Source: Macrostomum lignano (Eukaryota). From it: a DNA stretch of 64,000 bases. The stretch spans positions 124,001 through 188,000 of the forward strand of contig NIVC01000575.1 in NCBI GenBank assembly GCA_002269645.1, read 5' to 3'. The notes below the pieces were generated by a model. That model ran no database searches. It saw only the letters and a list, made by a program, of their open reading frames with translations, and was not told the DNA's origin. Numbering within the stretch: the stretch's first letter is position 1; each line of letters begins with the position of its first letter. This document shows, in pieces, positions 12,581 through 22,114 of this stretch. The position numbers were made by a program, and so were the translations under genes.

Positions 12581-15509
12581 TTAGGCCAGCAGCGCCTTAG
12601 CGTGATGCTCAATGTGATCTCCAATGAAGCTGGCAATAAAGAAATAGGAATGATCGTAGTCTTTCTGCATTCTCAGCCGGGTCTTCAGCCGGGCATTGCC
12701 AGAGCAGGCGTTCACCAGACGCTCGGGCAGCAGCTGGCCTTTTTCTAGAAACTCGTCCGCCTCGCCCTGATCGATGAGCAGCTCCAGCTCGGGCCCGGCG
12801 TAGCCAGCCGCCAGCTTCGTCGCGTCGTGAGCCTCCCAGTCAGCCGAGGCCGATTCGCCGAAATAAGCAGTGAAAGCCTTCTGCCCCCAGGGACAGGCGG
12901 ACGGGTTGCAGATCGGGGAGAAGGCCGACACGGACCGGTAGAGGCCGGGGTTGCGCAGGGCGCAGATCAGGGCGCCGTGACCGCCCATGCTGTGCCCGGT
13001 GATGCCGATGGCGCCAGGCTTTACAGGGAAATTCTCCTGCACCAGCTTCATCAGCTCTCTGGAGGGATGTTGGGAGCAGTTTGATAAATATTGAGTCTGG
13101 GATTACTGAAGAGTTAGATAGGACTCAAATGAGCTAGATAGGGCTCAAATGAGCTAGATAGGACTCAAATGAGCTAGATAGGACTCAAATGAGCTAGATA
13201 CGACTCAAATGAGCTAGACAGGACTCAAATGAGCTAGATAGGACTCAAATGAGCTAGATAGGACTCAAATGAGCTAGATACGACTCAAATGAGCTAGACA
13301 GGACTCAAATGAGCTAGATAGGACTCAAATGAGCTAGATACGACTCAAATGAGCTAGACAGGACTCAAATGAGCTAGATAGGACTCAAATGAGCTAAATA
13401 GGACTCAAATGAGCTAGATAGGACTCAAATGAGCTAGACAGGACTCAAATGAGCTAGATAGGACTCAAATGAGCTAGACAGGACTCAAATGAGCTAGATA
13501 GGACTCAAATGAGCTAAATAGGACTCAAATGAGCTAGATAGGACTCAAATGAGCTAGACAGGACTCAAATGAGCTAGATAGGACTCAAATGAGCTAGATA
13601 CGACTCAAATGAGCTAGACAGGACTCAAATGAGCTAGATAGGACTCAAATGAGCTAAATAGGACTCAAATGAGCTAGATAGGACTCAAATGAGCTAGATA
13701 GGACTCAAAAGGACTCAAATGAGCTAGATAGGACTCAAATGAGCTACATAGGAACTTAAATGAGCTACACAGGACTCAAATAAGTTATATAGAAATCGGG
13801 AGTTAGAAGCATACTAAAATTGCACCAGGAATGTGGAAGGATGGTATCGGTAAGGGGGAAGGAATGGGATCAGGAAGGATGGGATCGGGATGGGGAAGGA
13901 TGGGATCGGGATGGGGAAGGATGGGATCGGGAAAGATGGGATCAGGATGGGGGAAGGATGGGATCAGATCAGGAGCAAGCCAACAGCCGACTCACTTGGT
14001 GATGTAAGAGTGCATCCGGTAGTTCTTAGCCCATGGCTCCCTGGTGGCGTCAACGTAGAAGCCGGCCCCGGTGCCCAGATCGTAGCTGTCGTCCTCGCCA
14101 GGCACGCCGATGCCGCGCGGGCTGGTGTCGGGCGCCACTACAATGAGGCCGTGCTTGGCGGCGTATTGCTGCGCACCAGCCTTGGTGATGAAATTCTGCT
14201 CTGTGCAGGTGAGGCCGGACAGGTAAAACAGGGCCGGACGGGGCCCGGACTCGCTCTGGGGCGGCAGGTAAACCGCGAATCGCATTGAGCAGCTGAGCTC
14301 GGAGCTGGAGAGTTACAGGGGAGATGAACTGCTCTTGGGCTGGTGCAGTGCTTTATTATTGCTTGAATCATTTACCCATCACACACAGCCTGAGGATCTG
14401 GGGCGTGGCAGCACACAGCCTGAGGATCTGGGAGTGTGGCAGCAAACAGCCTGAGGATCTGGGAGTGTGGCAGCACACAGCCTGAGGATCTGGGAGTGTG
14501 GCAGCAAACAGCCTGAGGATCTGGGAGTGTGGCAGCACACAGCCTGAGGATCTGGGAGTGTGGCAGCAAACAGCCTGAGGATCTGGGAGTGTGGCAGCAC
14601 ACAGCCTGAGGATCTGGGAGGGGGTGTGGCAGCACACAGCCTGAGGATCTGGGGTGGGAGGCAGCACACAGCCTGAGGATCTGGGGGGGGGGGTGGCAGC
14701 ACACAGCCTGAGGATCTGGGAGTGTGGCAGCACACAGCCTGAGGATCTGGGAGTGTGGCAGCACACAGCCTGAGGATCTGGGATGGTGTTAGCACACAGC
14801 CTGAGGATCTGGGAGGGCGGCAGCAGAGTCTGAGGATCTAGGGCTGTAGCAGCACACAGCCTGAGGATCTGGGGTGGGGGGCAGCACACAGCCTGAGGAT
14901 CTGGGGTGGGGGCAGCACACAGCCTGAGGATCTGGGGTGGGGCAGCACACAGCCTGAGGATCTGGGGTGGGGGGCAGCACACAGCCTGAGGATCTGGGGT
15001 GGGGGCAGAACACAGCCTGAGGATCTGGGGTGGGGCAGCACACAGCCTGAGGATCTGGGAGGGGGCAGCACACAGCCTGAGGATCTCGGGGTGTGGCAGC
15101 ACACAGCCTGAGGATCTGGGGTGGGGGGCAGCACACAGCCTGAGGATCTGGGGTGGGGGGCAGCACACAGCCTGAGGATCTGGGGTGGGGGCAGAACACA
15201 GCCTGAGGATCTGGGGTGGGGCAGCACACAGCCTGAGGATCTGGGAGGGGGCAGCACACAGCCTGAGGATCTCGGGGTGTGACAGCACACAGCCTGAGGA
15301 TCTGGGGTGGGGGGCAGCACACAGCCTGAGGATCTGGGGTGGGGGGCAGCACACAGCCTGAGGATCTGGGGTGGGGAGCAGCACACAGCCTGAAGATCTG
15401 TAAGATAAACTCTCAGCAACACAAAAAAATACCCGCAACCTCACCTTTCGTGACTAAACACCTTCTGCCAGCCACCGAAGCACATATTCTTAGACACTTC
15501 CGTCAGCAT
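12581..15509 (-). CDS. ESD: S-formylglutathione hydrolase / esterase D, 3 exons, 283 aa
   Basis: Exons 15509-15445 ([22 protein letters not shown]; donor GTGAGG), 14304-13996 ([15 protein letters not shown]...[16 protein letters not shown]...GAGFYVDAT; donor GTGAGT) and 13058-12581 (GHSMGGHGA nucleophile elbow, DEFL Asp, YDHSYFFI His). Phases 2/2 are consistent and the total is 852 nt. Confidence 0.96.
13119..13790. repeat. 20-bp minisatellite (GAGCTAGAYAGGACTCAAAT) in ESD intron 2
   Basis: More than 30 copies; 17/20 identical to the 12027-12465 unit. Confidence 0.95.
13855..13965. repeat. Short purine-rich ~21-bp repeat (GGATGGGATCGGGATGGGGAA)
   Basis: Direct reading; ESD intron 2. Confidence 0.8.
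14380..15402. repeat. ~31-bp minisatellite (GCAGCACACAGCCTGAGGATCTGG plus a variable G/T tract) filling ESD intron 1
   Basis: More than 30 copies with a constant 24-nt core and variable G runs. Confidence 0.95.
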
Positions 15510-15597
15510 TGTTAGGCAGTTGCTAGGCAGATCATGAAACAAAATCATTGAGTAGTTATATCAGACAGAAGTAGAATTCAAACTGATGCGGCATCAC

Positions 15598-15702
15598 TTT
15601 ATTCAGAAAAATTTAAGCAAACAAAAAGAAACTCGAATTTAAAGTCAACTAACAATGCATAGAAATGCACACCAAATGCCAAATAGAACGAAGTGCTTTA
15701 TT
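15598..15702 (-). terminator. Two AATAAA polyadenylation signals after the URB2-like stop
   Basis: TTTATT on the plus strand at 15697-15702 and 15598-15603. Confidence 0.5.
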
Positions 15703-15731
15703 TTCAGGAACAAGTTAATAAATTTCAAAAC

Positions 15732-17255
15732 CTAAACATCGCCGTGAAATTTATAGTACTTCAAGTAGGCGGCGTGTAAATTTCTTAATATTTCGCGCGG
15801 CCCCGGTTTCAAGCCGACGCGCAGATGCGAATGCGCGTGCCGATCTGTCACGGCCAGGAAGGGCGCCGCCACGGCCGCGTCCAGCTCCTGGCGCCAGCGG
15901 GTGTCGATAGCCGAGCCAGAGTGCAGCCTGTTGGCGTAGGAAGCCAGCAGTGGCCAGGCAGTTTTAGCCAGCTGCTTCCTGTGCTCGCCGCTGCAAAATG
16001 ACTGAGCAGCCTTGCTCAACTCCGACAGGCTCAGACGAAGCTCCTCGGACGACGCCGCTGGCTGGCTGGTGGCATCGATGCAGTCAACGAAGGAGACCAC
16101 CTGGCGGGTGAGCAGGGCCAGCAGGGCGGCCGGGGAGGCGTACAGGTACTCGCGAAACCGGGACACGGCTTTCACTACAAACCGAGACGTCGCAGCAATC
16201 AGACGGAGACGCGAACAAGGCGAAGCCACGGCTGCAGAATTCCAGTCGGTCAGGCAGAGCAGGCACTGCAGAGCGCACTGTAGCGCCGGAACGCCGAACC
16301 AGCCGTCCGTCTGGCAGCGCCGTCGGTCCAACAGGCGGCGCCAGAATTCTAGGCAAGCCAGAGTCGCGTCTAGCGCCTGTTCTGGCGCCTCTGCAGCCTG
16401 CAGCAGGGGCAGGGCGCGCGTCACGCTGACATCGAACGCACGACGCCAGGCGGCCACAGCATCGGCGTCGAGGCCGGCGCGCAGGACTCGGCCAGGCTCG
16501 GCCAGCAGGCGCAGCGAGTCGCGACAAAAATCTGCGAGGTCGGCAGCGTTAACCAGACGGGCGGCGCAACGGCCGAGGCGCCGGGCCAGGCGGGCGACCT
16601 TCTTTTTGGACATTTGCGCCGGCGCCGGCTCCAGCGCTGCGGCGGCGTCGCCAACGGGGTCGTCGGCCTCCAAGTCGCTCTCGCCCCAGAAACGCGCCTC
16701 GTCTGCAGAAACAGATTCGCTATTTTTGGCGCGGCGCAACTCCTTAAAGCACGCGTTCTGTTCGTCGATAAGCGCCGCGCAATTCTGCGCACAATCGGTC
16801 GCGCTTGGCGCGTCAAGGCGCCACTGGCGTTTGCAAATCTGGCGCCCGTTCAGGCCAAGAAAGAGCAGCGAGTCGCGAATTGCGAAGCGCAAAGCGGCTA
16901 CGGCACCAGCGGAGGCGCCAGCGCCGGCAGCTGCTTCAGCGGCGCTGCGCAGTCGCGCCAGTTCGGCCTCCACCCTATCCAGATCGGCGCCAGCTGGGGC
17001 GGGCGGGCGCGGCGCAAACAGGTGAATGTAGGCAAGCAACTCGGCCAGGTCGGTAGCGGTCCCAGAGTCGGCGCCGCAGTCGGATAGTTGCTTAGCAACA
17101 GCGTCAACAAGAGCGTCGACCCGGCTGGCTGTGAGCAGATGCAGTGGCGCCTCCAGCAGAGTGGGATGGCGCTGAGCGCAGCGCAGGAAACCAGCTGACT
17201 GGCAGTAGCCGCCATCTGCACAGTGTTGTAGCAGCTCTGACAGGGCCAGCCTCAT
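15732..17255 (-). CDS. URB2: URB2/Npa2-like ribosome biogenesis protein (C-terminal Urb2 domain); 507-aa ORF, possibly only the last exon
   Basis: GC-rich, Ala/Leu-rich helical ORF ending LRVGLKPGPREILRNLHAAYLKYYKFHGDV, which resembles the conserved Urb2 C-terminus. AG acceptor at 17259-17258, two bases before the ATG. Recognition is from memory, not a search. Confidence 0.7.
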   Translation of the reverse strand: MRLALSELLQHCADGGYCQSAGFLRCAQRHPTLLEAPLHLLTASRVDALVDAVAKQLSDCGADSGTATDLAELLAYIHLFAPRPPAPAGADLDRVEAELARLRSAAEAAAGAGASAGAVAALRFAIRDSLLFLGLNGRQICKRQWRLDAPSATDCAQNCAALIDEQNACFKELRRAKNSESVSADEARFWGESDLEADDPVGDAAAALEPAPAQMSKKKVARLARRLGRCAARLVNAADLADFCRDSLRLLAEPGRVLRAGLDADAVAAWRRAFDVSVTRALPLLQAAEAPEQALDATLACLEFWRRLLDRRRCQTDGWFGVPALQCALQCLLCLTDWNSAAVASPCSRLRLIAATSRFVVKAVSRFREYLYASPAALLALLTRQVVSFVDCIDATSQPAASSEELRLSLSELSKAAQSFCSGEHRKQLAKTAWPLLASYANRLHSGSAIDTRWRQELDAAVAAPFLAVTDRHAHSHLRVGLKPGPREILRNLHAAYLKYYKFHGDV

Positions 17256-19155
17256 GGCTACATGAAGTTAACAGAGTTGGCGGACTCTAATGAGACTAGA
17301 GGCAATAATGCTTGAGTCCTTAGCCTTTCTCCTTGGCATCTTTGCATCCACTCCCTCTTTTAAGCCTTAGCATTGCTAGGTTTTTTTTCATAAATGTGCA
17401 TCAGGACCCTTAATAAGTAAGTAAGTCAAGAAGAAACATTAATATTGTACTTTATAATTATTGAGATCTTAAGACTTTAAAGACTTTAATCAATTGTCAC
17501 ACTTGGAGTAATCTGTAAACATGGAGTTTGTAGACATCTGCAACTTCTATGGGCCAGAGAGGCTTAGCTATTCAAAGGGTAATATTAGCATTTTAATTGA
17601 TTTATATTTTCATTGATATCAGTTAACATTCTTGCTATCAACTTGGCATCCTAGACCTAAGTTTAGACCCAAAAAGCCAAATTGCTCTATGATTTTTAAT
17701 ATTTAAAAATCTTATAAGTTGTTGGTATTACAACATTTAATATTTTAATATTGGTATCCCAATATTTTTACTTATCTTACTTTAAACCAAAAATTTATCA
17801 CAAAAATTTGTATTTTTAATTGATTTAGAAAAAATCAAAAGTAATTTATGAAAAATTAATTGCTCAGCCAGTTGCAGTTAGCATTATTTTTCTTAAGAGA
17901 ATGTTAGACTTTTTACAACAAATATATATCAATGTAGGTCTATATAGTATAAATGGCATAAAATGCATTAGAATAACTTTGGGGACAATTTACATTATTT
18001 ATATATAAAAATTTTATATATAAAATTATATAAAAATTTACATTGGGGACAATTGTATGCATGGAAAATTGTAGGCCCTATGCATGGAAATTGAGCCCCA
18101 TTTCATAGGGCTCAATTTCTATCCAATAGCCACTAACCTATAAAAATTAGACTTATATAAAACATTTAAGAATCAAAACATAAAAAATAAATAAGATTGA
18201 TAAATAAATACTAGACCCCTATACATATATCTATAGTGTATATTACATGATCACAATTATATTATTACAATTATATACTTATAGTTATAGGTAGGCCAAA
18301 ATGCCCTTACTAAACTGGTTTATAAGTGAAATATATGGTCAGGAACCAATCAAAAAGGCAATTGATTAAAAGGGTGATAGTCAAAAAGGTGACAGTCAAA
18401 AGGGCAAGTCAAAAAGGCAACCATCACAAAACCTAGTAATCACAGACATATACTTCTCTTTAATGCTATTGTCCCTTAGGCTTTGTTTTAATAGTATTTC
18501 AAATATTTTCTTAGAATTTTAAGAGCATTTTAAGTTATTATCAAGGAATCAAGCCATAGGGCCTAGGTAAACAGAAACATTATTAATTACAAAAAAACTT
18601 ATAAAATACGCTCGTAGTATACGCTCGTTGTTATGATTATGATTGCTTCTATTTATGCATTGAAAATTCTCAAAATCAAATGTCATTGTCATGGAAATTC
18701 TATTACAAGCTTTAGTTTGATGGCAAACAGGAAGCAACTGTATTTTACAAGCATCGAGTCTTTAGTTAATTAAAATTTAATGAAATTTTGTTTAGGTACA
18801 TTAACGCCAGTAACTAGCCAGTAATGCCAATTGGCAATTTCCCTCTATTATACCACACACCACCCTCTATAATACTTTCCAGCGGCGTCATCGGGACGTT
18901 TCCAGTTGACACAAATTCGGTGAGAAATTTCAAAAGTACGCAGATATAAATATATCTTAACAAAATATCTGGATCGAAACTATATTTTACCGACCTTTTT
19001 ACGCAATTAAATGCTCTAATTTAGTAACAAGCTTCGTTGGTTGGAAATAAAAAATAGACAGAATTATCTAAGGAACAAATTGGACTTACATCGCAACGGT
19101 GGGTCGTAAAAATATTTTCAAATTTTCGTACTTGACATGGTATATTTTCAGTACT

Positions 19156-19550
19156 TAGAAACGGCGGCCGTGTCTATAATGCTGGAGCTTAATAGGCACG
19201 TTCGCCGTGTAAGCTGACATGGTACACCGTTGCTTTAAATTTTGGCAATAAAGAGACCGCCGCCGTATCCAGTAGCGTCGAATGGATTCTTATATAGGGA
19301 CACGCGGCCACCCTCGGTGTCTTCTAGTATGAACTCATTCAATAATATTAATAATGACACGACCGCTGGCGCTGTGCAGACTCATTGACACGGCCGCTGT
19401 CTCCAGTGAGAGACGTGTTCTACATGTAATGTATTACGGACACGGCCGCCGTGTCTAAAAGCTCTTATAGCTATTAGACACGGCGGCCCGGCCGTATCTA
19501 TAAGTAATGGACCTAATCACGATTAGAGGCACGGCCGCCGTTTCTATAAG
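19156..19550. repeat. Array of ~9 GC-rich palindromic motifs (consensus TAGACACGG-N-CCGTGTCTA) separated by non-repeating AT-rich spacers
   Basis: Units begin at about 19156, 19195, 19252, 19298, 19356, 19387, 19438, 19477 and 19524. The unit at 19438 is the perfect hairpin GACACGG-CCG-CCGTGTC. Confidence 0.7.
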
Positions 19551-20094
19551 TTTTTAGATTATAGATCATATAAATGACCAAATAATTGATAAAGCTAGTA
19601 TGCACATGTGCATATGTATAGCCATTATATGTTAGGTTTGCTGGCAAGCAAGAAGCAATTTAGAAAAAAAACAAGCCACTTTAATTAATATACTGTATTT
19701 TGAATAAAGTTTTCTGCGAAACAACCAGCTTTGCATAAATAAAACACTTTTTGGGTCATATAGAGAAACTATAACAAAAATCTGCATAGAGCTAGCTCGG
19801 GGCAGGAAGTGCAGATATATACATGTAATACTTACAGCTACATAACACTCCTACAGTGAAACTTGATACATATAGAATCTGACAAAACTAATTGCTATGA
19901 GAATACATTTTAAGCTGGCAGAATTTAGTAACCAGTATATATACGCTGATTACTGCATTAACGAGATCGGGTTTACATTTTAAAGTATCGGCACGACAAT
20001 TGATCAAAATATACTGAACAAAAACTGCATAATGTTTTAACGTATAAACATATTATAACCATTACACTAACATTGGGCCTCAATTGGGCTTAAT

Positions 20095-20259
20095 TACCCC
20101 AGCTAATGCTGGCACCCATTTTACAGCTGAGTGAACTGAAGCAATGCAGAGTTAAATGTCTTGCTCGAGGACAGATTGTTTCGAGTGGGTCGAGAATCGA
20201 ACCCACGACCTTTCAGTCGTGAGTCTGACACTCAGACCACTATAAGGCTACAACGCCTC
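20095..20259 (-). mobile_element. tRNA-derived CORE-SINE (MIR-core-like)
   Basis: Minus strand reads GAGGCGTTGTAGCCTTATAGTGGTCTGAG (A box) ...GGTTCGATTC (B box). The plus strand CCCATTTTACAGCTGAGTGAACTGAAGCAATGCAGAGTTAAATGTCTTGCTCGAGG closely resembles the MIR/CORE domain in reverse orientation. Confidence 0.8.
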
Positions 20260-20994
20260 ATAGAATATTGTTCTTAGTATTCCAGCACAACGTCGCCGTC
20301 GCCTGTACATGTAGTGTTACTTGTGTACGCTGGAATTGAATCAGTAATTAATGAGTAGAAATCAGAAGTGAGACAAAAACAAAACCCATTTATCAATTAA
20401 CTGTTGTGTATTATAGGACCTTTTACAATGTGGGAATGTTCAGCCGAGATAAACGCCTCGATCCTCTATGCAGGCGCTTCTTAGTAACAGTTCGATTCGA
20501 AATACCTTTAAAGGCCTCGAAAAATGAAAGAACTCAAACGCAATCCCTAAAAATCATTGCACAGGCGTAGGTTACAATCAATTTAAGGGAGCCAAAATTG
20601 CATATCTACGAGCTATTCTTTTCCTTTTTTCAATTTGACTGGGCGTGGAAGTCTTCACGTGTGAAAGTGAAGGCTGAAGGACATACAGTCAATTCTCTAT
20701 GGAGGCTCTCCAGATGGCACGGAAATAAGAAAAATAAAAGACTCTTCACTTAAAGTAATTGAGTAAGCCTTCATCCATTTATGGAATAAAGAAAAAGTAA
20801 AAATTCAATTCAAACAATGTGATATGTTTTTATATTTATTCTATTCCATTTCTGCTAAGCCACCAAGCGTTCAATAATGTATCAACACTATCAATGCCAA
20901 TGCAGTCGATCAATCAATAACAAAATGCTACATGTACCTGATTGACTGTTTGTAAAGGAATTGAATTTAGATAGGATGATAGGAAGGCTTAGAG

Positions 20995-21250
20995 AGACAT
21001 AGACAGAGAGTCAGGCATGAAGTCATATACAAGAAGTCATAAGCAGAGAGTCATAGACAGAAAGTCATAGACAGAGAGTCATAGACAGGAATTGTCATAG
21101 ACAGGCAGTCATAGACAGGAAGTCATAGACAGGCAGTCATAGACAGGGAGTCATAGACAGGGAGTCATAGACAGAGAGTCATAGACAGGGAGGCATAGAC
21201 AGGGAGTCATAGACAGGAATTGTCATAGACAGGCAGTCATAGACAGGGAG
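20995..21250. repeat. ~14-bp minisatellite (AGTCATAGACAGGG variants)
   Basis: Direct reading. Confidence 0.9.
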
Positions 21251-22114
21251 CGATAATTAAGTGCTTTAAATTCGAAAGCCAAGTAAGGACTCATGGGGAT
21301 CTGTGACTATTTTTACTTAATCTGCTGGATTTAACTTTACATATCTACGAGTATTAGACAAATTTCTTCAAATGTCTTCAAAGTAACAAAGTGATAAAGA
21401 ATTTACTTATCGAACCAGAAGAAATCCGATAAGCATTTCTGCAACACAAACTTTGCTAAATTGATTTGTTTAAAAGTTGTTAAATTTGGCTGATATAGTT
21501 TTCATAATTCAAAACACCAAAGTGTGCAAGTTTAACAGGATCCCTCCAATCCCCCGTTCGATCGCTTCCCCTGCTATAGAGGCCGCCATGGCTAGCTCGT
21601 AGAATGGAAGGTTATAGAGAGAGGCAAGAGGAACAGTTCGGAATGACTAAATGTGCTATTCGTTGGACAGCTACTTCACTGTTTGCAGTGCATCACCGAA
21701 CCCCATCCAATGCCCCCCCCCTGTTTTCCCCTCGAACCCGTCGTTCCTGAATGTGCATATGCGCCTTCAGTTATTGGACAGTGTAATGCGCCTTCTTCAG
21801 TGCAAGAGTGTACATTGCGAAAATACCAGTAAAGCGCCAGAGCATGCCAGGCCTTGGGCTTCGAATTTTGGTTCCTCTTTCGTGATTCGTGAAGCCTTCC
21901 TTCTTTCCTTTATTTGCGCACAGGTTTTAGGGGTGCGCTCTGAAGCATAAGATAGAAGAAAAGCAACCCGATTACTAACTTGGCCAGAGTTCAGACAGTC
22001 GCAAGCAAGGCTCAGGCTTTATCTACTAAAGCATTGATTTATTGTGTTCAGTGCAACGTCGTCCATTGGTTTTTGTACGACTGCTGGAAGACGTCAACTA
22101 TAGTAATAATAAAA

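Noticed and set aside
12581-14304. ESD as a bacterial frmB/fghA contaminant or recent horizontal transfer
   Set aside because: Two spliceosomal introns with canonical sites; ESD is a standard eukaryotic gene.
14368-15444. Cys/Pro-rich ORFs ([13 protein letters not shown])
   Set aside because: They lie wholly within ESD intron 1, which is bounded by valid phase-matched GT-AG sites.
16012-17221. Plus-strand and alternate-frame ORFs over the URB2-like gene
   Set aside because: Shadow ORFs expected opposite a GC-rich coding sequence; no motifs.
18086-18119. Perfect 12-bp-arm hairpin GAAATTGAGCCC...GGGCTCAATTTC as a Helitron end or terminator
   Set aside because: Isolated; no CTRR terminus at the expected distance and no other support.
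20185-20259. A genuine tRNA gene
   Set aside because: A and B boxes are present but acceptor-stem pairing is not evident, and the sequence runs directly into a CORE-SINE domain.
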